From: Octopus bimaculoides
Taxonomy: Eukaryota
Length of the DNA: 64,000 bases
NCBI RefSeq assembly: GCF_001194135.2
Contig: NC_068982.1
Span: 20,729,872 to 20,793,871, forward strand
Reading direction: 5' to 3'
The position numbers and the translations under genes are program-made. Below are positions 41,109 through 54,620 of this stretch, piece after piece. The first letter of the stretch is position 1. Each line of letters opens with the position of its first letter. The notes beneath the pieces are model-generated. The model had not been told where the DNA came from and did no database searches. It was given only the letters and a program-made list of their open reading frames with translations.

Positions 41109-41262
41109 ATAGGGCATAGTGGTTAACTCAGGTTCGAAATTTCCCCAAGAAACCTGAAGAAGGCTGGAGGGTATATCAGCCGAAACATTGTGTTAACAAC
41201 AAACAAGATGAGGACAAATATCTGTCGAATGTAAATGATATAAATGATGTAAATAATATATT
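41105..41262 (+). mobile_element. Second, internally deleted copy of the same composite SINE, head-to-head
   Basis: GGCATAGTGGTTAA (A-box remnant) is joined directly to CAGGTTCGAAATTTCCCCAAG...CTGAAGA-A-GGCTG...CAGCC-GAAAC-ATT-GTGTT and the AATGTAAAT-type tail. Confidence 0.75.
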
Positions 41263-41391
41263 AAATAAATGTTCTCACGTGTAATTTTTTTACGCAATTC
41301 CGTATAAATGAGGACATATATCATTGGAACCTTATTTCAATATTTTAACACCATTAGTACTTCAACTCACTCAAGGTGATGTGACAGACTC

Positions 41392-41575
41392 ATTAACACA
41401 CCGAACAATATGATTAGCGGTATTTCGTTTGTCTTTATGTTCTTAGTTCAAAATCCTGCCGAGGTCGACTTTGTCATTCACCCTTTCAAGGTAGATAAGA
41501 AAAAGCCCATGTTCAGCACTACGGCCAATGTTATCGACTTATCCTTTCTCAACATTTGAACCTTTGTGTCTATAA
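41392..41575 (+). mobile_element. tRNA-derived SINE (family A), 5'-degenerate
   Basis: TTAGCGGTATTTCGTTTGTCTTTATGTTCTTAGTTCAAAATCCTGCCGAGGTCGACTTTG matches the copy at 37054. Confidence 0.75.
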
Positions 41576-44500
41576 TAAAATTAATTGTTACTTCAAAACT
41601 ATTTTCTTTTTTATATGAAAGCAAGCAATACTTATGTATTAAAGCGTTATAATTGCGTAAGTTAATCTTACTGAAACACAGACAAATTCTGTAGAATGAT
41701 GTTTCAAGATGCAAAAAGTAGAAATAAATTTGCCTTCAAATAAGAGACCAAATATATGGATATTTACATAGACAGGACAAACGTTCGAAGGAATTTTGCT
41801 ATGTGATAATTTCGGATATCGTATATCACTCCAATCTGATATTTTCTATTCCGTCTTCAGGACAATAACGTTCATAATCTTTAAATCTTGGTAACATTTG
41901 TAACATTTCATTTTCTGAGAAAAGAAAAACGAATGATTGATATTAGTATCGGTTCAATCAATTTTACAGCTCGTATATGTGTTACAAATCTTGTCATATT
42001 TTATAAATGGTGTAAAATAATACCAAACCATAACTACTTTTAAACAGAGGAACTGTCTGCAAGTTTTCTGCACGTACGACTGCCAACATTGTTCGTGCAA
42101 AATATGTACATATCACGTTATGATTTTGTTGCGAGAAATGTGTATGAACGATGGATGCCGAAAAGTAAAGATATTTTACATCATATTTGAACATTGCAAT
42201 AATTATAGTACTTGTAAATCACATTAATCAACAAGCGGAAAAGCAGAGTTGAATTTAAAATACATTAATATGAAAAAAATCTATAAATAATGTCTCAATT
42301 ACTTTTACAGGAAAAAAAAATCTATATTGTCGATCCAAACTCCGTAAACAAGACATGATGGATGAATTTCTGCCGACGAAGATGGAAAGAGATTTATTTG
42401 GAGAACTAAAATACCTTCAGAGAAGACGGGATTGTCAAAGTTAAGAGTCTTGTCCACAGATCTGACAGGTTTGACAAACATGTGGTCAAATAAAACCATG
42501 ATATGAGAGTTTATGCAGCGGCATGATCTGCATGAAACAGCAGTAAATACTCTAGCAATTCATACACAGGCATTTTCTTAAGAAACAGAACTTTCCATTA
42601 TATCCTCTTAAAGGAAAAGTGCTTAGCAGAATATGAGGGGGTGGGTGCATACACAAATGGCATTCATAAAATATTCGCTCGATCAGCGACCTAGGAATAA
42701 ATATAAAAAGAAAAAAAATGTAAACAACAAATAATACTTACCGAATTATATCTGGATTCATAAATATTCAGGTAGAAATTTATGAATATTAATGTTTATT
42801 GAAATTTGCAAGAAATTTCGCTGTTCCCCGATATTTTATATGATTAATCAGCAGAGTATGTGTCGGTTACCATAATATACATTTATGCATATATTTATCT
42901 ATGTATTTATACGCACATATGTGTGTGTCAGTGGGTGCGCGTATTTTCCCTGAATATATCGTTATATCATTGACTTAGAATTTCAAATATACATTGCAGG
43001 CTCAGATATTTTGTATGGGAGCCCGCTGCTCCAACCACCAAACATCCAATCAAAGGTAAATACTAAACCAGTTTGACTCTCGTACCGTAAAATCATGGTA
43101 CTCTCAGTTCAGAAATAATGAACAGTTACCCAAACACATCCACTCCGATTTTTGTAGGATTCTCTGTGAAACGGAGTTCCATGACTGCTAATATGGGTAT
43201 TGACCCCAAAATAATAAATGACAGATTTAAATTCTCATATTTCAAAGTTAGACAACGGAAAACTGGAAAAATAGCAATTACATTAAATCACTGACAGCAT
43301 CGCATCAATGGATTTACATGGATTTTAGATTTCTATTTCAGGTTTAGTTAGTGGTTGAAAGTTATAATTGCGGCGTGCACATCTAAATTCTCTATGGTTA
43401 ACTTCACTTCTGTTTGCATAAAATTCTGGAAAGGACAATAATTGGAAACTTCCCATCGGACTACAACGTCGCTGCCACACAGTTATTAAAAGGATAATTA
43501 TTATTATACGGATAGATATCTTTCTAGAGAGGTGCATCAATATCTATGTCTTTGCAAATTTCTCTTCCTTTTTGAATAATTATAACAAAAGATATTAAAC
43601 AACAGAAGACATGAAAATTATTGAAATTAAATAGAAAGAGGAAATGTGTTTTACGCTGACTTAAAGAAGAGTAATTTAGTATTAGTGACACTGAGCCTCA
43701 ACTTCTCTCAATTCGAAGTTGGGAACAGATCCGAAATATAATTTCCAGTTCCTTAGAATATAAAGGGTATGAACAAAACCTCTAATAAGAAGCTATTAAA
43801 TTACTGTTTCTATAAAAGTTTGGTTTCTAGCGACCATTTGTATTTTGGTGTCGGCGTATTGCAATATTTCAAACAAATCAACTCCTATGCTACGGAATAG
43901 AACAGATATATAATCATATAAAAGAAGGTTGCATGTATGCATGCATGTGCAGATATATATATATATGTATGTGTGTGTGTGTGTGTGTGTGTGTGCGTGC
44001 GTGTGTGTGTGTGTGTGTGTGTGTGTATGTATAAAGAAAGAAAAAGATAAAGAGACCAATGGCAAAGTTTCTAACTTTGCCATTGGTCTCTTTATCCATT
44101 TCTTACTTTATACATACACACGCTAATACACGACCTATGTTATACTCCCCACTCATGTTGATACAACGACAGGGGCAAAACTACTCGGTATACAGCACTT
44201 ACTCGGTATTACCTGTATCTTTAGGGTTTGGTTGACNNNNNNNNNNNNNNNNNNNNNNNNNNNNNNNNNNNNNNNNTATATATATATATATATATATATA
44301 TATGGAGCGAGTGACACACAAACACACACAGACAGAAAAAGATACGTGCGTGTGTGTGTCTGTGTGTATATTTACGAATGTATGTGTACATGTACATATA
44401 AGCGCTTGAATATTTCACAAATACTCGTGTATATTTTACGCAATGCCGCAGCAGAGTCTTCTGTATATATGTGCGATGAATATATTTCTCATCTGTAGTA

Positions 44501-47494
44501 GATACAATATACCAATTTCATTGGAAGTAAAATACTTCTATCAAATTTACGTTAACCCAATTGCCAGACAACCCCACTCAAGTCTACAGACAATTTCGTT
44601 AGCGCGTGATACGATACAGTATGTTCGAAACCCAGAGAATTGTGTATGGAAATGAAATTATGTTCCCGTTCATATATCAGATTTGCACACTAATCTCACA
44701 CGGATATAAATGCGTATATAATTATATAGCCATACATGTAAATATATATGCACATACATACATGAAACCCTACATGCATGCATACCTACATGTTCCCGTT
44801 CATATATATATATATATACATACAAAGATACATATATAGATATATTTATATAGAGAGAGGGTGAAAGAGTGAGAGTGAGGAAGAAAGAAACAGAAAACTA
44901 GAAGCAACACACAGAAGCAAATAATGTGTGGACTTTACTGTGAACGAGACATGTTTGCTTTTGTATTCCATAATGCTTACATATAAACCGAGTCTCAGAT
45001 AATCGAGTCTAATTACTTTTCTCTTTTCAAACGTGTTGCTATGTACAATCTATTCATCATCAATATATTTCGAATTTTTTCTTCATATCTAAGATCATTT
45101 TTTACTTAAAGAAATGTATGGAATTAGCAGGACGACTAGCATTTTATGAAGCAAAAAATATTTGGAGTGTCACATGTTTATGAAAAACAACATTCTTTGG
45201 ATTTGAAAAGAAAATAAAATTGTTCAATTGCGGAATGAAATGCTTATGTTGAGTAAAGCACGTATGGATGTTGCATACTTAAACAAGCATTTTCTGAATT
45301 TCATTGAATTATTTATGCTGTGGGAACAAAGCAGTTCTTTTAAAATTAATTATTTATGGAGACCTTTTAAGAAAAATAAAGGCTTGTGTTATGCCAGCTG
45401 CCAACATGCAAAACATTCTGGCCTGCTTCTTGGTATTACGTAAAGCATAAGAATTTCTTATTGCTGTTATGCATGTTAATATCTCAATGTCAATATGCTC
45501 TCTCATGTGTTTGTTATCCGTCGATTCTTATGTGAGAATACAATTTGTTAAAGAAAACATGAATCGTGTTAAAATTGTCTTATGATACTATAGCTTGAAA
45601 ATGCTGAGGTGACTGACTTAGTGCAACAGCTGGTTGAAAATTGAGAAATATCTGTTTGTGTAGCCAAATGATATAGTAGTAGAGTGTTGGAGCCAATAAA
45701 AGTGGACATTGCAAGCAACAAAGCCTATTAGCTTAGAGAAGTTTGCTTTAATGGATTCGCACTATACGCGTTGTTATATTCTAAAAGACGTGAACGAGGT
45801 TAATTGGTTTCTGCAATCGATGAATGTAAGAAGAAAGAATTTTATCAGACATTTGCAAACAAATACAGAAGAAGAATACAAAATACAATCTTAAATACAT
45901 TTCGTGTATGAGTTTAGATGTTGTTATTATTATGTGGTCACGATCATTCCTGATTAATCAAACGTTTGGCACGTACTCATTCACATGATCCACTGTATCA
46001 CATGTACCACATATCTGCCTTTTTTGATGCTCACACAGAAGAGAAAGTAAACAACGTTTGTTCTCCTAAGAAGCGGTGTGGCAATGTGGGTATTTGGTGC
46101 GTCTCCTCTACTGTAGCCACTATTCGTTTGTTACATATGGTAGGCCATAAATTTGACTCTGCCGCCGCATAGTGACAGGTGTTGCTACACAGGACGGACA
46201 TCTGATGGAATGCATTATGGTACAGATGTATATTTTAATGAGGTTCTTATATTGTTATTTAAGCAGCAAATTACGAATAACGAAGTTTGATTACTGAAAA
46301 TGTTCTTCATGTGACCACTACTTCGTGTATTGACTGAAGAAATAAACCGTTATCCACTCTGACCAACACTTCAAAGGTTTAATTGTAAAGATGTACTTGG
46401 TTGCTATTTTTAGTAGGCCCAATTTATCGACGGTGTTTCTGATAGATTTAAAAGTGCAGTGCAGTTTCTTTCCCATACACTTATTTGAAATGTCAGGAGT
46501 CATTGATTTCTGTCATTGGTTTATGGGCCGTAGGGCACAAATAATTGTCAAATGATGAAATAATCAAAAATTAAATCTGATATATGAAAACAAAATTTAT
46601 CACGGCTTTTCTTATTTTCTTTACTTTTAATTTTCGGTATACTTTTCATTTTATTCTTGATTTACATTCCTGCAAATGACAAATTTGTTAATAATTTGAG
46701 TGCCGAAAGTGCTCTTTTATTGAAAAGAAACTTTCATAAAGTTGTACTTTAGGAGCTGTTTTTAAATGTATTCAACTTCAGTTATTACATACAGACGAGA
46801 TAAATGTTTGGAAATTACTTTGAGCACTACAGTTGAAGATTTAAACCAAAATATGTGAACTAATTTCAATGAATAGTCTCAAAGAAGTTGTATCTTTCAT
46901 GGCTATATCTAAGTTATTTCTGATCTTATAGTATTTCTGGGAACAATTTCTCTTCTCTAATAAAACAAAGACAATAATGAATGATTTCCTATAATTTCTG
47001 ATTTTAAAAATCGGCATTTGTGCATTTACTGCCGAATTAGGTAAACCGCAAATACGCGGTAAATTTGGAAAATTAGATATTCGAATATGAACCATGCTAT
47101 TTGACTCGTATCTCGAATGTTGTCTGGTCATTCTGCTGAGGATAGTCCGACCTTTTGTGAGATATATAATGTTTATCTTACTAAAATTGACTTGAAACCA
47201 TGGTACAGAATATAGATCGGTAAATGTTTTTATTTTTCATTCCCTTTCGAAATTATCCCTACTTTTTGTGGTATGTAGTCTTGCTGCTATTTCTAGCGGG
47301 TTAGATGTCCTATTACAGGCATCTCTGTATTTTAAATGAATANNNNNNNNNNNNNNNNNNNNNNNNNNNNNNNNNNNNNNNNNNNNNNNNNNNNNNNNNN
47401 NNNNNNNNNNNNNNNNNNNNNNNNNNNNNNNNNNNNNNNNNNNNNNNNNNNNNNNNNNNNNNNNNNNNNNNNNNNNNNNNNNNNNNNNNNNNNN

Positions 47495-47548
<54 letters not shown>

Positions 47549-48665
47549 ATTATTCCCTTAATTTCATTTGTAACAGGAAAATAGTAGTAAGGGATATGTC
47601 ATGAATAATCCATTATATACGTGCACTTTCAGATCGGGTAAGATATTAAACTTTTATCTTTGTTTCAACTCTACGTATCTAAGAAAACTTTGCTTTCCTT
47701 ACGCAGTATGAATTAGAAACTAATGAAACTTGAGTTGTGTACTTCCACAGAAATGCTATTCCGGTCATAACACGATTCAATTGCCCTGCTGCTCTCAGGG
47801 TGAGAGTTTAGCAGAATCGAAGAAGCGCGGAATAAAATGCATTTTATTCGCCGTCCTGGATGTTAGCTTTTGATTTCGAATCAGACAAGGATAGAATTAG
47901 CAATTCAACGGTATAAAAGCGATCAAATAATGTATCGCACAAGTAATTGGCCAATTAGACCAATTAAGACTTACCAAAATAATTGCTCTTGCGTCTGAAT
48001 TACATACACTTACATTTCTTGTTATCGTTTAATCCAAAAACGTCATCAAGCAGATATACTTGTGATAAAGTGATTAACAGAAGTAACCATCACATAATTT
48101 ATTCGCACATAGGACTACATACAACACATCCGTATGTTAAGGCAGTAATGTATGATGTGATCGATATTTGAGTGATATTTCGGCCAATCATAGGCTTGAG
48201 GATTTCATAATAAATAAGGATGTTGCCTGTCGGGAATTTTACTCGTAGTTATTAAAATTTAACTTCCGGTAGTATGTGACTGAATATATACGTTTCATAC
48301 CTTAGCTAAGTGAAAATAACACTGTCTTAAAATCCTTGAAATACAATTATAATTATAGTGACAAAACGAGTTGCTTAATTACTGGACGACTATGGAGATT
48401 GATTAAGCGTTAATTAAAGCTGTTTCTATGTTCCATTTAAAATTTTCTTTATGTGTGTACATCATATTGTACTTCGCATTTATCAGTTTCAATGCCTGTT
48501 GAACAATCGTCAGTCACTATCAAGCAAACACACATGCATATATATATATGAATATACAATCTCTCTCTCTCCCCGACTCTGTCTTTATAATGCATATACA
48601 TACATACTCACATAGATGTATGCATTCATTCATATATATGCACACAGATATACGCAGACACGCAA

Positions 48666-48684
<19 letters not shown>

Positions 48685-48729
<45 letters not shown>

Positions 48730-48822
48730 CTGTGTGTGTGTGTGCGCGCGCGCGCGTGTGTGCGTGCGTGTGTGTGTGTGTGCGTGTGTGTGTGCGTGTG
48801 TATGTGCGAGTGTGTGTGTGTA

Positions 48823-48853
<31 letters not shown>
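48685..48853. repeat. Compound (GT)n/(GC)n microsatellite
   Basis: Direct reading. Confidence 0.95.
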
Positions 48854-49195
48854 AGAAAGCTGTGAACAAACTAAAGATGTTACGTCACATGCATTTGGAG
48901 TTTTATGTATTAACAGGTTGGATTAACTCCACATTGCTTAAAGTACTGTGGTTTAGATGACATCGTATCATTAGATATTCAAAAATAGATTATGATGCTG
49001 TATATCTAATATTGCGAACTTGTTCAATGGAAGGGTTTCTATTTAGAGAGAGGGTAATTTGCATAATGTAGATATCGCAGGAAGAATAAAGTATAATGAA
49101 TGATCATTTGACGAAATATTCGAAAAATTGGAATATGTAAAATAGTCAAGTTTCATTTATAAATTGTTCCCTCAAATTCAATTCTTCAAATTCAA

Positions 49196-49545
49196 TTGTT
49201 GTTGTTGTTGTTGTTGTTGTTCTTCTTCTTCTTCTTCTTCTTCTTCTTCTTCTTCTTCTTCTTCTTCTTCTTCCTCTTTTTCAACCCCTTCCTCCTCCTT
49301 CCCCTCCTACTCTACTCTTCTTCTGCTCTTTTCTTCTTCTTACGCCACCTGATCTTTATCATTGAAGCATCAACATTCTCATTATCGTCGTCGTCCTCAT
49401 CTCTCTTCTTCTTCTTCTTCTTGTTCTTCTTGTTCTTCTTCTTCTTGTTCTTCTTCTTCTTCTTCTTCTTCTTCTTCTTCTTCTTCTTCTTCTTCTTCTT
49501 GTTCTTCTTCTTCTTCTTCTTCTTCTTCTTCTTCTTCTTCTTCTT

Positions 49546-49579
<34 letters not shown>

Positions 49580-49641
49580 CTCCATCACNNNNNNNNNNTC
49601 TTCTTCTTCTTCTTCTTCTTCTTCTTCTTCTTCTTCTTCTT

Positions 49642-49675
<34 letters not shown>

Positions 49676-49730
49676 CTCCATCACCACCACAACCACTACT
49701 ACTACAATCACCACCACCACCACCACCACC

Positions 49731-49779
<49 letters not shown>

Positions 49780-50170
49780 TTCTCATCTATACATTTTTCG
49801 TTTCTTTTACCTCCGTTTCGTATTCACTGACACCGGCATCATCACTCGCTATATTTATAGTAGCAACACTATTAGATGCAGTAACAGTAGGCTGCTGCTT
49901 CTACTGCTGCTGCTGCTGCTAGCAATATTAATGGTTTTTCATAATCATCTCCCCATCTACACCATCAATGCCGTAGTCTCGTCGTCGTCGTCATCGTTGT
50001 TGTCGTTATCATGAACCACATCAACATCATCAATCTCGTTTCGTCGTCGTCATCATCGTCGTCGTCATCATCGTCGTCGTCATCATCGCCCTCTTCTCCT
50101 CCTCCTCCCACTCCTGCTCCTCCTCCTCCCACTCCTCCTCCTCCTCCTCCTCCTCATCATCATCATCACC
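49196..50170. repeat. Compound trinucleotide field (TTG, TTC, ACT, ACC, TCG, TCC)
   Basis: Direct reading; it is the source of the homopolymer-peptide ORFs. Confidence 0.95.
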
Positions 50171-51851
50171 GTCATTACCGTTCCTCTCTTTCTCACTGTA
50201 TCTGTAATTGTTCAATGTTTCGCTTCATCACCTGCATGCACACTTTTCTATTTCCCTCTTACCATTTCTCACGTACTCTCTACCACAATTTCCAGTTTAA
50301 CTACTGGAGCGTGATATGCGCTTACACTGTATTGACCAACTCTAAAGTAAATTTTAATGTTCTAAGGTCCAAGATAAGCGGTACCATTACGGCAGTTCTT
50401 TGAAGATAGCAATTCACATATTGATCTTTAACATTAATGATCTAATCGAAATTTGTAACCATGAAGGTATAAATTTATATGTATTCAGGCTTTTACATAT
50501 ACTTCTTGCTCGCATCATTTCTGTTACTTGCAAGCCGAAGATTTATCAAACAAACTCGTATGACTTGTAAAATCTATACATGGGAGAATAACAATATCTC
50601 TAAACCAATGCATTTGCTTGTTAACTTATTGATTTAGAAACAAGCTATTTCCTTTCAAAAAACATCACTCAGCGAAAGTTCAGATGGCACAGAAGATAAA
50701 GTATGTAACGAAAATATTACACGTTTTAAGGTTCGATACATCCAGAGATTTTTTGTTATATTCGATAGTGTAACCGCTTTTAGAGACTGAAATAGACATA
50801 CTGGCCTTAGGTGTCGTTAAAACAAAACAGAAGCCTGTGTTCTGTTCTTAGCACATGTGATCATGCTAGAAAGTTTCAGTGTAACCAGTTACATACGCCC
50901 AAAGCATGCTATAACCGTTACTTGTAACATAAGCCCAGTGTATGCGATCGGCAAATGTTAAGCCATATAATACTGAGAATTGAGATTTAACCGAAATGCA
51001 CTAAATTTATTTATCAGGTTGCGAGAGTGAATCACTCATATCGAAATCAAGACTTAAATTGTGAATTATTTCATCGACTGCAAAATAATGAAAGCGAAGA
51101 AACTTAGAGGACAGGGTTTGAAATAAAAATGTAAAGAACAGGAAGAAATGTAACTAAATAATTTCAAGATTTATAGAAGATAGAAAAAAAAAAAAAAACT
51201 TGCTGCGAGAATAGATTTCCTGAACATTATTTCATTTGTGTAAGAGTAGCGTGTATATTATTTCATTTAAGTAGGATGTGTAACGCTGTTTTTCTTCTCC
51301 GGATTATTTAGAATATACACTCTTACACGCCTTTCACCAACTTGTATTTATAAACATTTCTTGAACATTCTATTTAGTTTTATTAATGCACAACATAAGA
51401 ATAAAATGCATTGGTATGGTTTCTATTACTTTTATTTTCTGCCTTGCGGCTTCCATCTTTCTATGTAATTTGTAAATCTGTTGAAATGTGACGTTTGACA
51501 AATCAGATTATATTAATCTGGTAATTTTATTCTTTAATATAATTTCTTTAAAAATTTAACTACAATGAAGAAAACGTTTAATTAAATTACCAAATTATCT
51601 AACCGAATTTTTCCAGTATATATCATTATGATATTTAAAAACATCGTCTCAGATGTAATTTTCATTTAATTTTCAATTAAGAGAATATGTAAGATTTCTG
51701 AACCAGAAAATATAATTTATATAGATTGAAGTTGTGAATTTGTGGCGTATAACTGAAATGTTTATCATGATATATAATCTATTAGGACCAGACACATTAT
51801 TCATTATTCATGATGGCAGGTTTCATACACACCCACACCCACAAGCACACA

Positions 51852-51897
<46 letters not shown>

Positions 51898-52019
51898 TGT
51901 GCGCGTAGACACGCATATAATATGTATATAGATATATAGCATCTGCTAATACTTTACATGTACCACGTTCTCGCGTTGTTTTTTTCTGTGTTTGTTCTCC
52001 GTTTTTGGGGATTTACAAT

Positions 52020-52056
<37 letters not shown>

Positions 52057-52767
52057 NNNNNNNNNNNNNNNNNNNNNNNNNNNNNNNNNNNNNNNNNNNN
52101 NNNNNNNNNNNNNNNNNNNNNNNNNNNNNNNNNNNNNNNNNNNNNNNNNNNNNNNNNNNNNNNNNNNNNNNNNNNNNNNNNNNNNNNNNNNNNNNNNNNN
52201 NNNNNNNNNNNNNNNNNNNNNNNNNNNNNNNNNNNNNNNNNNNNNNNNNNNNNNNNNNNNNNNNNNNNNNNNNNNNNNNNNNNNNNNNNNNNNNNNNNNN
52301 NNNNNNNNNNNNNNNNNNNNNNNNNNNNNNNNNNNNNNNNNNNNNNNNNNNNNNNNNNNNNNNNNNNNNNNNNNNNNNNNNNNNNNNNNNNNNNNNNNNN
52401 NNNNNNNNNNNNNNNNNNNNNNNNNNNNNNNNNNNNNNNNNNNNNNNNNNNNNNNNNNNNNNNNNNNNNNNNNNNNNNNNNNNNNNNNNNNNNNNNNNNN
52501 NNNNNNNNNNNNNNNNNNNNNNNNNNNNNNNNNNNNNNNNNNNNNNNNNNNNNNNNNNNNNNNNNNNNNNNNNNNNNNNNNNNNNNNNNNNNNNNNNNNN
52601 NNNNNNNNNNNNNNNNNNNNNNNNNNNNNNNNNNNNNNNNNNNNNNNNNNNNNNNNNNNNNNNNNNNNNNNNNNNNNNNNNNNNNNNNNNNNNNNNNNNN
52701 NNNNNNNNNNNNNNNNNNNNNNNNNNNNNNNNNNNNNNNNNNNNNNNNNNNNNNNNNNNNNNNNNNN

Positions 52768-52807
<40 letters not shown>

Positions 52808-53312
52808 GGGCATTATATGTACAGAGAGAGACATATACAGAGATACAAATATGTTATGTGTATGTATATATATTTATATATGCATGCAGCTTTGTATTTA
52901 TGTATGTAAGTATGCAGTTAAATAAGATCTCAGTAAAAATCTCTTAGCACGCTATGCAACGCTTGTCCACAGGTATTGGCTGTAGGATATTATGAAACAA
53001 TGGAAACGCTCTTCCTACTGGGTATATATCAGGAATTCCATTGTATCCGTAGTACTTATATAAATAGATAAATAATTGAATATAGATCGAACGATATTCT
53101 ACATTAACAATCACTATTTTGGGTATTCATGCTCACACTGAGTGAAATGACAGCATGATCTAATGCAGAACTTGTTTAAAACAATCACCTGAAGGAACGT
53201 ATCTTCCATCTTTGATGCATGGTAGTGATTACACAATAAGTTAATTATATAATCACATTAGTGTACTTCGAATGTAAAAAAAATGTGTCGAACCATTCTA
53301 ATTTTTATTTAT

Positions 53313-53364
<52 letters not shown>

Positions 53365-53643
53365 ATGTCTGTCTGTCCGTATATATNNNNNNNNNNNNNN
53401 NNNNNNNNNNNNNNNNNNNNNNNNNNNNNNNNNNNNNNNNNNNNNNNNNNNNNNNNNNNNNNNNNNNNNNNNNNNNNNNNNNNNNNNNNNNNNNNNNNNN
53501 NNATATATATACATATATATATAGGATGCGATGGCAGAATTGTCGCATTTTATAATTTCAATTTTGCGCATGCACATTGGTTTTTATTTTCTCGACTACA
53601 CAGTATAGTAGAGTCAAATTCAATCGTTGTTGCTATCGCTTCT

Positions 53644-53645
53644 GC

Positions 53646-53676
<31 letters not shown>

Positions 53677-54041
53677 CTTCTTCTTCTTCTTCTTCTTCTT
53701 CTTCTTCTTCTTCTTCTTCTTCTTCTTCTTCGTCTTCGTCTTCGTCTTCGTCTTCTTCTTCTTCTTCTTCTTCGTCTTCTTCTTCTTCTTCCGCTTCTTC
53801 TTGTTTTCTTCTGCCAAATCCACCCCGACCCCCACCACCACCACTACTACTACCATCACCACCACTACCATACTATTACTAACGCCAGCACGAGCACCAC
53901 CACCAATAACACTACTGCTACTACAACTACTATTACTAATGCAACCACCACCATACCACCATCCTCACCATATCATCACCACCACTAATGCCACCATCTC
54001 AACGACCAACATCATAGGTACTACTACTGCTGCTGCTGCTG

Positions 54042-54090
<49 letters not shown>

Positions 54091-54123
54091 CAATACTACT
54101 ACTGCTGCTGCTGCTACTACTAT
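53644..54123. repeat. Compound trinucleotide field (TTG, TTC, ACC, ACT, GCT)
   Basis: Direct reading. Confidence 0.95.
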
Positions 54124-54439
54124 TATTTGTCTTCTACGTTGATACCTTCATTTCGCATCTATACATTTTTCGTTTCCTATTCCTCAGTTTCGCTTTCACT
54201 GACAAATGTAACTGGAGCAGGAAGCTCTCATCCTCTTTGTGAGTTCTACTAAAATATCAGTTCAATTCCGCAGACACAATGGAATATCACTTAAATATAT
54301 ATAAATATATCACCATTATACGTTAATATATATATATCTTAACAGGTTACATGGAGGTTATCAATATATTGTTTTATCATAGGGTTGCTGGATTAGAAAA
54401 GAATCAATACATATGTATAAGTATATGTATGCTTGTGTA

Positions 54440-54620
54440 TATGTTTGTGTTTGTTCCCAACCACCGATTGACAAGCGGTGTTTGTTTGTTTGAATACACG
54501 TTAAGAGACAGAATATGTACTAGACTTTAAAAAAGTGTGCTGGCGTCAATTCTTTCAGATAAAATTCAAGTCGGTGTACCTGTATCGCTCCAGACTAATG
54601 ACTGAAAAAGCAAAAGAGAA
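54440..54620 (+). mobile_element. SINE family B, degenerate 3' part
   Basis: GAATATGTACTAGACTT...GCTCCAG...AATGACTGAAA..GCAAAAGA resembles 60826-60950. Confidence 0.45.

Noticed and set aside
49540-49690. Apparent tandem duplication of (TTC)n-(ACT)n-CCTCCATCAC
   Set aside because: The two copies flank a 10-N gap; most likely overlapping contig ends (assembly artefact).
49196-50403. Poly-F/S/T/E/H/P ORFs
   Set aside because: These are translations of trinucleotide microsatellites with no complex coding sequence or splice support.
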